From the NCBI GenBank assembly GCA_017502865.1, contig JAFVUD010000006.1:189832-253831 (forward strand): a stretch of 64,000 bases of DNA, written 5' to 3'. The position numbers and the translations under genes were made by a program. Source of the stretch: Alphaproteobacteria bacterium (GTDB lineage Bacteria > Pseudomonadota > Alphaproteobacteria > Rs-D84). The notes below the pieces were generated by a model, which saw only the letters and a list, made by a program, of their open reading frames with translations, was not told the origin of the DNA and made no database searches. Below, in pieces: positions 46,205 to 56,324 of this stretch; position 1 is the first letter of the stretch; each line of letters starts with the position of its first letter.

Positions 46205-46735
46205 ATCTATTCTTGTCCATACATGAAATTGGATTTTGTAAAATTGCGAATCGTTGTCAAAAAAATTAATGCAGAAAAACGATTTTAATTTAGTTGTAAA
46301 TCGAATTAAATCTTATAACTTATTAGGTGTATCCAAAACGGTTGAGAAACATAAAAACTCAATCACAAAAAAATGGTTAGGCATAAATAAAATGTTTAAC
46401 GAAAATTGTCAAGACAAATGTCGATGATAAATTTTCTGGAACAAAAAAATGTTTAACCGAAATATAAAATCTGTGAATGCGGATTTTATAAAATTAGGGC
46501 AGAGAAATCCGCCCGCAAAGCGAGAGAGAAAGTAGGGCAGACATAAACACTAAATTGTTTTTGGAAGGAACGATTTAGCGTTTGTGTGCAGGTGATTTTT
46601 GCAAACTAAAATTTGTGTGGTTTCAAATTTAATTTGTAATTCATACAAAAAAATAAATGTGAAAATAACCCGGACCAGAAAAAAACTCTGATAGTTATGA
46701 AAGCATAACGACAAGGGAAGGAAAGGAGAAACAGA
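46205..46735. other. 530-bp AT-rich non-coding region immediately upstream of dnaA: candidate oriC and dnaA control region
   Basis: 17-nt direct repeat AAATGTTTAAC(C)GAAAT at 46390 and 46448. 8-bp inverted repeat GCGGATTT/AAATCCGC at 46479..46513. DnaA-box-like 9-mers TGTATCCAA (46327) and TGTGTGGTT (46613). A-tracts. Confidence 0.4.
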
Positions 46736-48034
46736 ATGCAGGCAGTAGCAATCAAAGAGATGGCGAGTTTGGATGTAATCAAAGGTGCCATCGCTGCAAG
46801 AATGGATACTGCAACATTTGTTTCGTGGATTGCACCATTAGATTTTCAAATTGTAGATTCTGTTTTAGTATTAGGTGCACAGAATCAATTCGCAGCAGAC
46901 GTTGTTAATGCAGGACATGCACAGACACTGCGTGCAGTTGCCGCAGAATATGGTTTGGAATTAAATATCTGTGTTGCAAATGCACAACGCAAAGTAGCAC
47001 CGATAAAATCATCTGCAATCGCAAATGATAATAATACACAATCTTATTCGCCAGCACCGGTGGTAAAAAACGAATCGGTTGGGGCGGCGTTTGATTCGTT
47101 TGTCGTTTGCGAAGAAAACATATTTGTTGTTGAGGCATGTAAAAAAATTGCAATGGGGGCGGTTGCATTTGCACCTTTGTTTGTTCATGGGGCGGCCGGT
47201 TGTGGCAAGACACTGTTGATGGAATGTGTGCGTGGTGCATCAAATGGTCGCGTGGTTATGATGACGGGTGGTCAATTTGTTGCAGAATTTGCACGCAGTG
47301 TAAAAGATCATGCGGTTTTTGCATTCAAAGATTATTGCCGTAATTGTGATACATTTATTTTAGATGATGTTCAGGCGTTGGGTGGCAAGAAAGCAACAAT
47401 GACTGAATTTTTACAGTTGGTTATGGATTTGCGTGCCGCCGGCAAGAATGTTGTTTTGACAGCCAACACAATGCCAAGTAATTTGACAGGTTTTGATCGT
47501 CATGCACAATCGTTGATGGCGTCTGGTTTGGTTGTAGATGTTGCGAATCCAAATAATCATGTTAAATCTGTGTTGTTGCGTCGCAGTGGTGTGTCTGCAG
47601 AAGTGGCCGAAGAATTGGCCGGTCGTATTGCAAATGATGGTCATTTGATTTCAGGTGTTGCTAAAAAAATTCAGGCATACTCAGAACTGATGGGAACAAC
47701 AGTTGATATGAATGTTGCATCACGTTTGTTGGCAGATACGTTGGAAAAATCAAAAACACCAATGTCAATGGTTCGTGCAATGTGTGAAAAATTGGGTGTG
47801 TCATACGAAGCGATTTGTGGTAATGGTCGCAGCCGTAATTTGACAATGGCACGTCAAATGATGATGGCGGTATTAAAGGGTGCGACATCTTTGTCTTTGT
47901 CTGAAATTGGTAATTATGTTGGTGGGCGTGATCATGCAACAGTGTTGTATTCAATCAAACAAATTGAAAAACAAAAACAAACGGATTTGGTTTTGTCTGC
48001 ACAGATTGCACAGATGATTAATGAATGCAAATAG
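46736..48034 (+). CDS. dnaA: Chromosomal replication initiator DnaA (divergent)
   Basis: AAA+ Walker A GAAGCGKTLL and box-binding domain IV (NYVGGRDHATVLYSIKQIE). RBS AAGGAGA. Confidence 0.85.
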   Translation: MQAVAIKEMASLDVIKGAIAARMDTATFVSWIAPLDFQIVDSVLVLGAQNQFAADVVNAGHAQTLRAVAAEYGLELNICVANAQRKVAPIKSSAIANDNNTQSYSPAPVVKNESVGAAFDSFVVCEENIFVVEACKKIAMGAVAFAPLFVHGAAGCGKTLLMECVRGASNGRVVMMTGGQFVAEFARSVKDHAVFAFKDYCRNCDTFILDDVQALGGKKATMTEFLQLVMDLRAAGKNVVLTANTMPSNLTGFDRHAQSLMASGLVVDVANPNNHVKSVLLRRSGVSAEVAEELAGRIANDGHLISGVAKKIQAYSELMGTTVDMNVASRLLADTLEKSKTPMSMVRAMCEKLGVSYEAICGNGRSRNLTMARQMMMAVLKGATSLSLSEIGNYVGGRDHATVLYSIKQIEKQKQTDLVLSAQIAQMINECK

Positions 48035-48043
48035 TTTTAATAA

Positions 48044-48066
48044 AAACCGGCGAAATGCCGGTTTTA
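48044..48066 (+). terminator. Rho-independent terminator after dnaA
   Basis: CCGGCGAAATGCCGG hairpin followed by TTTT. Confidence 0.6.
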
Positions 48067-48125
48067 TTGTTTGGAATAAAATTTTAAATATGATAAAATA
48101 TAAGCAATAGTAGTGGAGAGAAAGT

Positions 48126-49937
48126 ATGAAAAAATTTTTCTGTTTTTCTGTAAGTTTATTTATGTTCTTGGGTATGGGAATTGTTGCAGCCCAGGCAGGA
48201 AGTTGTGGGACGAACAAGATAACATTGTCTGGCTTTAATCAATATCCAAGTGATAATGAATTCTTGTTTGATAGCAAGGCCGCTTATGATTCGGCACCAG
48301 ATAATAATGGAACACATACTATTAGTGGTAAGGTATATGAATGCGATAATGAGTACTGTTCAAATAGCCAGAGTGTTTCTTTGGGGCCAGGTCATGTTTT
48401 TAAAGGCCAGGTTATAAATGAATATCGTACATATTTTTGTAATACAAGTGGTACGGATGACCACTGGGAATATGAAGTGACCGAAGCAATGTGTGGTGAA
48501 ACACATATCAGTTATGATGGAAATCAAGCAGCAACGGATAATGAATTCCTGTACAGTTCACAGATGGCGTTTAATTCTGCTAAGAATCGTCCAGATGGTG
48601 GGACAATTGCAGGTGGAATTGTTTATGAATGTGATAATGATCATTGTACGCACAATACAGTTCAGGATGTTCCAGCAGGTCATGTTTTTGAAGGCCAGGT
48701 TGTAAATGAAGCAGCCAAATATCGTTGTATCGTTGGGGGTTTTGCCAGAGAAACGATAGAAGATAAATGGGTACGTATTTACGAAGGCTGTGAATATATG
48801 GGAAAGCATATATCTGTTGGAGATTGGTATGAAGACAGTGTTGGAAATAAAGTTTCTTTGGATTATGCCCAATGTTCACAATTCCAGGATATGAATCCAG
48901 CAGATATAAACAAGAGATTTAATGCCAAGTGTGAATTGGTGAATGGTGAAAACAAGATGGTGTGTTATCCGCTGGGCGATAGTGTGACACCACCTGTGTT
49001 ACAATGCCCGGGTAATAGTTCGGACAAGATTTTGAGTCAAGAGAATTGTGCGGCGGATGAACAATTTGTGTGTCATTTGTCAGATGTGAATACACGTAAA
49101 TGTAAATGTGGTTCGTGTGATAAGAAAGATAATGTTGTGAATCAGTGTCCAGCAGGCAGTTCTGCAAATGTTTTGAGTCAGGCGAACTGTAAATCCAGCC
49201 AGACATTCCAGTGCGCCAAGAAAGATGCATCTGGAAAATGTATATGTGGCACATGTCGTGACAAGGGTAATGGTGGCGGCGGTTCAACAACGACCTGTCC
49301 AGAAGGCAGTAGCAGCAAGATTACATCGCCGACTAAGTGCAAGGATGGCGAAAACTTTGAATGTGCCAAGTGGAAAGGAAATGTGTGCCAGTGCGGTGCA
49401 TGCAAAAAGCCAGGGCAACCAGTTGTAGAACCAGAAAAGCCATTGGATTGCAGTACTATGGTAACACAAATGGCGTCTTTGTTGAAGTGGCAGGCGGAAT
49501 GTGTTGGTGAAGCAACAATTATGAATCAAATTTCAAACATTATGACAATGTGCACAAATGGCACAATGACCAAGGCGGTGTTTGAATCTATGTTTAATTC
49601 GTTGATTTTGTTGAAACCAGAACAGTGTGAAGACAGAAGTGCCGCAGCACTGATTGCAAGGAAGAAGAAAGAAATTTCCGAAGGTGTTTCGAAAATTGAC
49701 AGCTTTGTAGCAGGATTTGATACAAGTGTTTGGAAAGACAAGGATGGCGATTTCAATACAGCCCGTTTGGCATCGGATTCGATTGCGGGTGTGGTATTGG
49801 GAACAACCGGGGCGTTGGTCACAAGTAATATTGTGAAAAAGAACCAGGTCAAGGGCGGTTTTGAAGATATCCAGTGTATAATCGGTGGCCAAACGGTTGC
49901 CGGTTGGGGTGACGAGTTCCAAGTCGGTATCCAATAG
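48126..49937 (+). CDS. Secreted cysteine-rich repeat protein of unknown function (603 aa)
   Basis: Signal peptide ending AAQA. Two tandem ~110-aa repeats (…VYECDNEYC…GPGHVFKGQVINE…). Three ~45-aa six-Cys modules (QCPxGSSxxxLSQxNC…C.CG.C). Gly linker. C-terminal ~180-aa domain with a hydrophobic stretch. Confidence 0.6.
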   Translation: MKKFFCFSVSLFMFLGMGIVAAQAGSCGTNKITLSGFNQYPSDNEFLFDSKAAYDSAPDNNGTHTISGKVYECDNEYCSNSQSVSLGPGHVFKGQVINEYRTYFCNTSGTDDHWEYEVTEAMCGETHISYDGNQAATDNEFLYSSQMAFNSAKNRPDGGTIAGGIVYECDNDHCTHNTVQDVPAGHVFEGQVVNEAAKYRCIVGGFARETIEDKWVRIYEGCEYMGKHISVGDWYEDSVGNKVSLDYAQCSQFQDMNPADINKRFNAKCELVNGENKMVCYPLGDSVTPPVLQCPGNSSDKILSQENCAADEQFVCHLSDVNTRKCKCGSCDKKDNVVNQCPAGSSANVLSQANCKSSQTFQCAKKDASGKCICGTCRDKGNGGGGSTTTCPEGSSSKITSPTKCKDGENFECAKWKGNVCQCGACKKPGQPVVEPEKPLDCSTMVTQMASLLKWQAECVGEATIMNQISNIMTMCTNGTMTKAVFESMFNSLILLKPEQCEDRSAAALIARKKKEISEGVSKIDSFVAGFDTSVWKDKDGDFNTARLASDSIAGVVLGTTGALVTSNIVKKNQVKGGFEDIQCIIGGQTVAGWGDEFQVGIQ

Positions 49938-49954
49938 TAAGATGAGGAAGACAA

Positions 49955-49982
49955 AAATCCCGCCCATTGGGCGGGGTTTTTA
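49955..49982 (+). terminator. Rho-independent terminator
   Basis: CCCGCCCATTGGGCGGG hairpin followed by T6. Confidence 0.7.
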
Positions 49983-50191
49983 TTGGCGTTGTTTAGTCGT
50001 TTTGGATTTTAATATTGCCAATATGTAATTTATGGATTTTTGGGGATTGTTTTTATAGCGTGCCAGAATAGGGCGAATTTGTTTGATTGTTTCGTCCATT
50101 GTTCCATTTGCACGTGCGTACGCAAGCAAGAGTAATGTGAGTGTTATCAGCATGTTGTGTGGCTTTAAAACGCCCCGTGTGGGGCGTTTGG

Positions 50192-52171
50192 TTATACGAA
50201 TAAATCTTTGACGAACTGGGCATGTTCGGTGATGAATTTGAAACGGAATTCTGGTTTCTTGCCCATCAGTTCTGAAACAATTGTTCGTGTTTTTTCGGTG
50301 TCTTCGGCACCGTCTTCGGTGCGTGGTGGCAAATCAACACGAATCAGTCGCCGTGTTTTTGGTGACATGGTTGTTTCTTTTAACTGGTTCGGCATCATTT
50401 CACCCAACCCTTTGAATCGAGAGATTTCAACACGTTTGTTTTTATATTTTGTGTTCTTTAATTCTTCTAATTCTTCGTCGGTGTCGACATAGATGGATTC
50501 TGTGCCATGTGTTAATTTATACAATGGTGGACATGATAAATACAGGTGCCCCCCATAAATTAATTGTGGCATAAATTGATAGAAGAATGCCATCAGCAGC
50601 GATGCAATGTGGCTGCCGTCGACGTCGGCATCGGTCATGATGATAATTTTTTCATAACGTAATTTTGATGCGTCCCAATCTTTGGCGGTGCCGGCACCGA
50701 TGATATCAATCAGGTCGTTTAATTCTTTGTTTGCACCAAAGCGTTCGTCTGAATTGGAAATAACGTTCAAAACTTTACCACGCAGTGGCATAATTGCCTG
50801 GGTTGCACGATCACGGGCCTGTTTAGCGGTACCGCCCGCCGATTCCCCTTCGACGATGAATAATTCTGTGCCGTCAATGCCGTGTTTGGAACAATCGGCC
50901 AATTTGCCCGGCATACGATTGCGTTTTGTTGGGGTTTTGCGGGCCACGTCTTTGACGGCCTTGGTCTTGATACGGGCGTTGGCCAAATTAATAACGAATT
51001 CCAACAATGCGTTTGCGGTTTTTGGGTCAGATGCCAGGAACATTTCCCATGGGTCACGCAATGCGTTTTCGGTATAGCGTGCAACTTCGGGGTTTGATAA
51101 CTTTTCCTTGGTCTGGCCCAGGAATTGTGGTGTTTTATAGAACACAGATACAATTGCAGCAACAGAATCAAATACATCTTCGCCGATAATGTTGGCGGCG
51201 GCTTTGTTGTTGACTTTTTCGCCGTATGCTTTAATCCCCTTGGTAATGGCGGATTTAAAGCCGGTTTCGTGTGTGCCGCCATCGATTGTGGCAATTGTAT
51301 TACAGTATGATGAAAAGAATCCGTCGTCAGATGCGGCACCGTTTTCATCGGTCAAAAATGTTAATGCCCATTCCACACGTCCACAATCGTCCGGGAAATC
51401 AACAGAACCGCTGAATATACGTGGCAAGATGCGTGGTTTAGAATCTGTCTTTTCGGCCAGGAAATCCGCCACACCATTTGGATACAGGAATGTTGTTTCC
51501 GCAGGGATTCCCATATCTTCGGTTAATAATGCAGGGTTGCAATGCCATTCTATTTTTACACCACGGGACAGGAATGCCTTGGCCCGGGCCATGCGATAGA
51601 TTTTTATTGGTTTGAATACTGCATTTTCACCAAAAATCTGGTCGTCAATTGTAAAACGGATTTTGGTGCCGTGTTTGTTTGTAGGCTCGCCACGTTGCAT
51701 TGGTGATGTGGTGATGCCACGGGAAAATGTTTGGTGCCAATTATAGCCGTCACGGGCAATATCAACAATCATTTCAGATGATAATGCGTTCACAACCGCA
51801 GAACCAACCCCGTGCAGACCACCACTGGTCTTATATACATTATTATTAAATTTACCGCCGGAATGCAGTGTGGTTAAAATAACCTCTAATGCGGACTTGC
51901 CAGGATATTTTGGGTGTTCGTCAACCGGGATACCACGTCCATCGTCGGTAATTTCAATTGTTTTAGAATCTATTAAATTTACTGTAATTTTTTTCGCAAA
52001 GCCGGCAACCGCTTCGTCAATGGAATTGTCCATGATTTCAATGGGCAGGTGGTGCCATGCTTTTTCATCTGTGCCCCCAATGTACATGCCGGGACGCAGG
52101 CGAACAGGTTCCAAACCTTCTAGAACCTGGATGTCTGATGCATCGTATGTATTTGTCTTTTTCTCTGTCAT
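50192..52171 (-). CDS. parE: Type IIA topoisomerase B subunit, most likely ParE (topo IV) rather than GyrB
   Basis: GHKL ATPase and TOPRIM domains. N-terminal LEGLEPVRLRPGMYIGGTDE matches the ParE-type signature. 659 aa, without the ~170-aa GyrB insertion. Start taken at ATG 52171. Confidence 0.65.
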   Translation of the reverse strand: MTEKKTNTYDASDIQVLEGLEPVRLRPGMYIGGTDEKAWHHLPIEIMDNSIDEAVAGFAKKITVNLIDSKTIEITDDGRGIPVDEHPKYPGKSALEVILTTLHSGGKFNNNVYKTSGGLHGVGSAVVNALSSEMIVDIARDGYNWHQTFSRGITTSPMQRGEPTNKHGTKIRFTIDDQIFGENAVFKPIKIYRMARAKAFLSRGVKIEWHCNPALLTEDMGIPAETTFLYPNGVADFLAEKTDSKPRILPRIFSGSVDFPDDCGRVEWALTFLTDENGAASDDGFFSSYCNTIATIDGGTHETGFKSAITKGIKAYGEKVNNKAAANIIGEDVFDSVAAIVSVFYKTPQFLGQTKEKLSNPEVARYTENALRDPWEMFLASDPKTANALLEFVINLANARIKTKAVKDVARKTPTKRNRMPGKLADCSKHGIDGTELFIVEGESAGGTAKQARDRATQAIMPLRGKVLNVISNSDERFGANKELNDLIDIIGAGTAKDWDASKLRYEKIIIMTDADVDGSHIASLLMAFFYQFMPQLIYGGHLYLSCPPLYKLTHGTESIYVDTDEELEELKNTKYKNKRVEISRFKGLGEMMPNQLKETTMSPKTRRLIRVDLPPRTEDGAEDTEKTRTIVSELMGKKPEFRFKFITEHAQFVKDLFV

Positions 52172-52302
52172 GATGCCTTTATTATTAGAACATTTTTCAA
52201 ATTTTCGCAAGTCCAAAGAATTTAAACTTGTTTTGTTATCGGGGCTTGATTTTTTATAATAGTGGTCTATATATTTGATAACGAAATTTATGGATACTGG
52301 AT

Positions 52303-53430
52303 ATGAATAAAAATCCCTATGAAGTTTTGGGCGTGGCCCGTGATGCGTCTGATGCAGATATTAAAAAGGCTTATCATAAGTTGGTGATGAAATATCATCC
52401 GGATAGAAACCCAGATAGCAAAGACGCAGAAGAAAAGTTCAAAGAAGTAAATAATGCGTTCGATATACTGAAAGATCCGCAAAAACGTGCGGCATATGAT
52501 CGCTTTGGCGATGCTGCGTTTGCCGGTGGTAATGCATCGGGGGCAGGCTTTGGCGGTAATCCATTTGGTAATGGTGCGTTCCATTTTAATATGGGTGGGG
52601 GCGCCGGTATGGAAGATATTCTGCGCGAGGCCATGCGTGGTTTCGGCTTTGGTGATTTTGGTGGCGGGCCATCACGGGCATCTGCACAGCGGGCAGGGCG
52701 TGATTTATTGGACGAAGTAGTTATTGATTTAAAGGATGCGTTCTTTGGTAAAACGCATACTGTTAAATTTTCCAGTAATGTAGAATATGAAAAGTGTCAT
52801 GGTTTTGGTACCGCCGATGGTAAAGAGGCACCAATCTGTAAAAACTGTGGCGGGTCGGGTGTTGTTCATACACGTCAGGGATTCTTTGCAATGGAATCGC
52901 CATGTCCGGAATGTAATGGTCTGGGGCACAAGATTGATAAAAAATGTTCCCAATGTGATGGTACGGGCGCAACGCATAAGCACAGAACATTGGAAGTGAA
53001 AATTCCAGCCGGTATCGAAGATGGCGCCCGTTTAAGATTAGCAGGCCAGGGCGAGGCCGGTTCTAATGGGGCACCCGCCGGTGATTTCTATTTGGATATT
53101 CGGGTGCGTCCAGACAAAGTGTTTACCCGCCAGGGCAATGATTTGATTATGCGGGTCAATGTGCCATTTGCAACGTTGGCGTTGGGTGGTGAAATTGAAA
53201 TCAAAACAATTGATGACAAGGAATTGTCGGTCAAGGTTCCGGCGGGGACCCAGGTTGGTGAAAAATTGCGTGTGCGTGGGCACGGGATGCCAAATCCACG
53301 TCGCAGTGGGACGTTCGGTGATTTGTACATTGATGTAGCAATTGAAATACCGACCAAGTTGACGGATAAACAAAAAAAGTTGCTGAATGAATTTTCAGGT
53401 GTAAAATCAGATAAGAAAAGTTGGTTTTAG
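52303..53430 (+). CDS. dnaJ: Chaperone DnaJ
   Basis: J domain with HPD. G/F region. Four CxxCxGxG zinc-finger repeats. Confidence 0.9.
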   Translation: MNKNPYEVLGVARDASDADIKKAYHKLVMKYHPDRNPDSKDAEEKFKEVNNAFDILKDPQKRAAYDRFGDAAFAGGNASGAGFGGNPFGNGAFHFNMGGGAGMEDILREAMRGFGFGDFGGGPSRASAQRAGRDLLDEVVIDLKDAFFGKTHTVKFSSNVEYEKCHGFGTADGKEAPICKNCGGSGVVHTRQGFFAMESPCPECNGLGHKIDKKCSQCDGTGATHKHRTLEVKIPAGIEDGARLRLAGQGEAGSNGAPAGDFYLDIRVRPDKVFTRQGNDLIMRVNVPFATLALGGEIEIKTIDDKELSVKVPAGTQVGEKLRVRGHGMPNPRRSGTFGDLYIDVAIEIPTKLTDKQKKLLNEFSGVKSDKKSWF

Positions 53431-53453
53431 AAGAAAATAAAAGGTAATGAAAA

Positions 53454-53696
53454 ATGGAAAACAAAGAAAATAAAAGATGGTTGGCCAATTTGGATAAAGA
53501 TGCAGTTGTGTTTGCGATTGTTGTAATTGGACTGGGCGGATTGGCAATCTTGGGGAATGCCCAAGGGATAGTTGAAAAAATGCAGGTAAAAGAACCGGCC
53601 AAAAAAGTTAACGTTGTTGACATGATAACAAAAAAAGATACGGTTGATGTTCAACAGAAAAATGTTATGGATTTATTCCGTATCTGGCAAAGATAA
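53454..53696 (+). CDS. Small single-TM protein (80 aa)
   Basis: ORF followed by a terminator hairpin (53709..53738). Confidence 0.35.
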   Translation: MENKENKRWLANLDKDAVVFAIVVIGLGGLAILGNAQGIVEKMQVKEPAKKVNVVDMITKKDTVDVQQKNVMDLFRIWQR

Positions 53697-53798
53697 AAAA
53701 GAAAAGTATCTGTCCCGATGGGGCAGGTATTTTTTTACCTTGTTTAATTGACAAATAATATTATTTGTGATAGTTTTTGTAAAAAAGAGGTTAAGCCT

Positions 53799-54128
53799 AT
53801 GAAAAAGATTTTACATAAAATACCGGCCGTTGGGTTGGTTTTGGTGTGTGCGCTGGGGGCGGCTAAGAATGCACCGGCGACAGAAAAGATGAATACAACA
53901 AATGATACCAATGATACGGTCTTGGTGGTTGATTACAAATTGCCAGATTCACGTTCAGCCGGTGAAATTACATTTGTTGGTAAAGATGGTGCGTTTGTAA
54001 AAACAGACAATGTTGTTTTTATGGACAGTGTTAAATTGCCTATCCGTGGTGATATGTTGGTGTTGAAGCAAGTGCCAAGCACTGCTTTCTATGTGATAAG
54101 AAATTTGGGTCAGCAAAAGCAGAAATAA
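53799..54128 (+). CDS. Small secreted protein (110 aa)
   Basis: RBS AAAGAGG. Signal peptide MKKILHKIPAVGLVLVCALGAA. Terminator at 54131..54158. Confidence 0.4.
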   Translation: MKKILHKIPAVGLVLVCALGAAKNAPATEKMNTTNDTNDTVLVVDYKLPDSRSAGEITFVGKDGAFVKTDNVVFMDSVKLPIRGDMLVLKQVPSTAFYVIRNLGQQKQK

Positions 54129-54167
54129 AAAAAAACCGCCGGTTGGCGGTTCTTTTATTTGTTGGTA

Positions 54168-54800
54168 TTATTTCAATTTCTTTAAATGCCCCAGGAATGT
54201 GCGTGTGTACTGGGTTGCAGACCACAAAGATGCAACCAATGCCAACCACAGGCCTGCCATACCGACGTATGCCAATGTATAGAATGCATAGATGGCAAAT
54301 ACTTCGATACTTGGAATCAATACCAGGCGTGGCATGCCCAATGCCAGCAGCAATGCGCATGTTGCAACCATTTGCAATGTGGTTTTAATTTTGCCCATTG
54401 AAAAGCGTGCCTTGGGTACAGGCATTTCGATTTTCTGGGTGCCCAAAAATTCACGCAGGCCAGAAATGTATAATTCACGTGCAATCATGATGATGATTGG
54501 AACAACAATTACCCAGCCTGGTAATGTTGGGATAAACATTGGGAAGATGAATGTCAGGATTACAGACAGTGTAATCAATGTGTTGGCAACCAATAATTTG
54601 TCGCCGATGTGATCCATTACGCCACCTAATTTTGTGCAAACGTCGTATTTGCGTGCCAGGTATCCATCGAACCAGTCTGAGATAGATGCCAATGCGTACA
54701 ATACGAATGATACCCAATACCAGCCCAACAATAATGTGGGAATGATGGCGAATGCGGCTGCAATACGGAATGCAGACAAAAAGTTCACAAAAAATTTCAT
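54168..54800 (-). CDS. pgsA: CDP-diacylglycerol-glycerol-3-phosphate 3-phosphatidyltransferase
   Basis: CDP-alcohol phosphatidyltransferase motif DxxDGxxAR…G…D…D (SDWFDGYLARKYDVCTKLGGVMDHIGDK). Confidence 0.8.
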   Translation of the reverse strand: MKFFVNFLSAFRIAAAFAIIPTLLLGWYWVSFVLYALASISDWFDGYLARKYDVCTKLGGVMDHIGDKLLVANTLITLSVILTFIFPMFIPTLPGWVIVVPIIIMIARELYISGLREFLGTQKIEMPVPKARFSMGKIKTTLQMVATCALLLALGMPRLVLIPSIEVFAIYAFYTLAYVGMAGLWLALVASLWSATQYTRTFLGHLKKLK

Positions 54801-54846
54801 ATGTTTACTCCTTTCTTATATAAAATGTATATGAACGATGGTTGTA

Positions 54847-56274
54847 TTATAACACTTCTGAATGAAAATGGGCATATATTTTTTTTGCGGCCGCCATTCC
54901 CAATCCGGGGGTGTGGGTTAGGGCGGTCAGGTCAGCATCCATAATCGCACGGACAGACCCAAAGTGGTTTAATAATGCACGTTTACGTGTGGGACCAATG
55001 CCGTCGATTTCGTCCAGAACGGATGCGGTTAATTGTTTTGCACGTACACTGCGATGGTATGTGATTACAAAACGGTGTGCTTCGTCACGGACGGCACGCA
55101 ACATCAAGAACAGCGGACTGTCATGGGGCAGGTCAAAATATTCGGTGCCATCGGGCAATATAAAATGTTCGTCACCGTCACGGACGATACCCTTGGTCAC
55201 GCCAAAGACAGGAATGCCATTGGCGGCACGGTTGGCAATGTTCCATTGGGCCATCCCGCCGTCCACGATAATTAAATCCAGTTTTGGTCCACGGGCAACT
55301 GCACGGTGGACGAATTCAGACATCATTGCAATGTCATTGCCGGCACGTGATTTGTCCACCAATTTGAAATGGCGGTATCCAGATTTTTCAAAGCCGTTGT
55401 GACCAAATGTTATCATGGCACCGACGGGCTGTTTCCCGAACAGGTGTGAATTATCAAATACCCCCGCCATGTTGATTTTTATACCCAGCCATTTTTCCAA
55501 TTCTGTGACGTTTTTGTCCCAATCTAGATTCGGTGTATACGGTGATTTCCGGCGTATACCACGATTTGATGTGTGTGTTAATGCAGCAATTTTGTCACGT
55601 ACAATCGCAGCGTTTTCAAAATCCATTTTTTCGGAAAATGATTGCATTTGTCTGGATAAATCTGCGACCAGTGGTTCACTGTTGCCGGTTAGAATTTTTC
55701 GTGCTGTACGCACGTTTTCTGCGTATTTTTGTTTGTCGGGATTGCAGCATGGTGCACTGCAACGGCCGATTTGATGTAATAAACATGGGCGACTGCGGTT
55801 ACGCATATATGTGTCGGTGCAGGTGCGTAATTGGCAGACACGTTGAATTGTTTTTATTGTTTCGTTTAATGCAGAAACAGATGGGTATGGGCCATATACG
55901 TCACGGCGTTGTGATATCTTGCCACGGAATTTTAGCAGGCGTGGAAAGTCACCCGATGTCAGTGCCAGCATTGGGTACATTTTCCCATCGGTTAACATGA
56001 TGTTGTATTTAGGTTTTTGGGTTTTTATTAATTCTTGTTCCCGGATAAGTGCATCTGATTCAGTAGGTGTGTTTTCCCATTCAACACGTGTGACCAGTGA
56101 ACGCATAACCTGTTTGTGTAATTCCAGTTTGGAAACATCAATATACTGGTGCAGGCGATTGTATAAATCCTTGGCTTTGCCAACATAAAGCAGGTTTGCA
56201 TCGGCGTCGTACATTTTATAGACACCGGGGGCGTGTGGGGCGGATTCTATCAAATCAGAAAATTGAATATTCAT
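54847..56274 (-). CDS. uvrC: Excinuclease UvrC (compact, 475 aa)
   Basis: GIY-YIG N-terminus (GVYKMYD…LLYVGKAKDL). UvrB-interaction-like region. C-terminal HhH (IDGIGPTRKRALLNHFGS). Confidence 0.75.
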   Translation of the reverse strand: MNIQFSDLIESAPHAPGVYKMYDADANLLYVGKAKDLYNRLHQYIDVSKLELHKQVMRSLVTRVEWENTPTESDALIREQELIKTQKPKYNIMLTDGKMYPMLALTSGDFPRLLKFRGKISQRRDVYGPYPSVSALNETIKTIQRVCQLRTCTDTYMRNRSRPCLLHQIGRCSAPCCNPDKQKYAENVRTARKILTGNSEPLVADLSRQMQSFSEKMDFENAAIVRDKIAALTHTSNRGIRRKSPYTPNLDWDKNVTELEKWLGIKINMAGVFDNSHLFGKQPVGAMITFGHNGFEKSGYRHFKLVDKSRAGNDIAMMSEFVHRAVARGPKLDLIIVDGGMAQWNIANRAANGIPVFGVTKGIVRDGDEHFILPDGTEYFDLPHDSPLFLMLRAVRDEAHRFVITYHRSVRAKQLTASVLDEIDGIGPTRKRALLNHFGSVRAIMDADLTALTHTPGLGMAAAKKIYAHFHSEVL

Positions 56275-56324
56275 AATCTTTATGATATAATAAAAAAAAC
56301 AAATAGCAAATGGGGGTTATTATT

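Noticed and set aside
50192-52216. Calling the minus-strand topoisomerase gyrB because it sits near dnaA and dnaN, and using the TTG at 52216 as its start.
   Set aside because: Its length (659 aa from ATG 52171) and the N-terminal signature LEGLEPVRLRPGMYIGGTDE fit ParE better than GyrB. It is kept as a type IIA B subunit, probably ParE, with moderate confidence. The ATG at 52171 with the MTEKKTNTYDAS N-terminus is the more plausible start.
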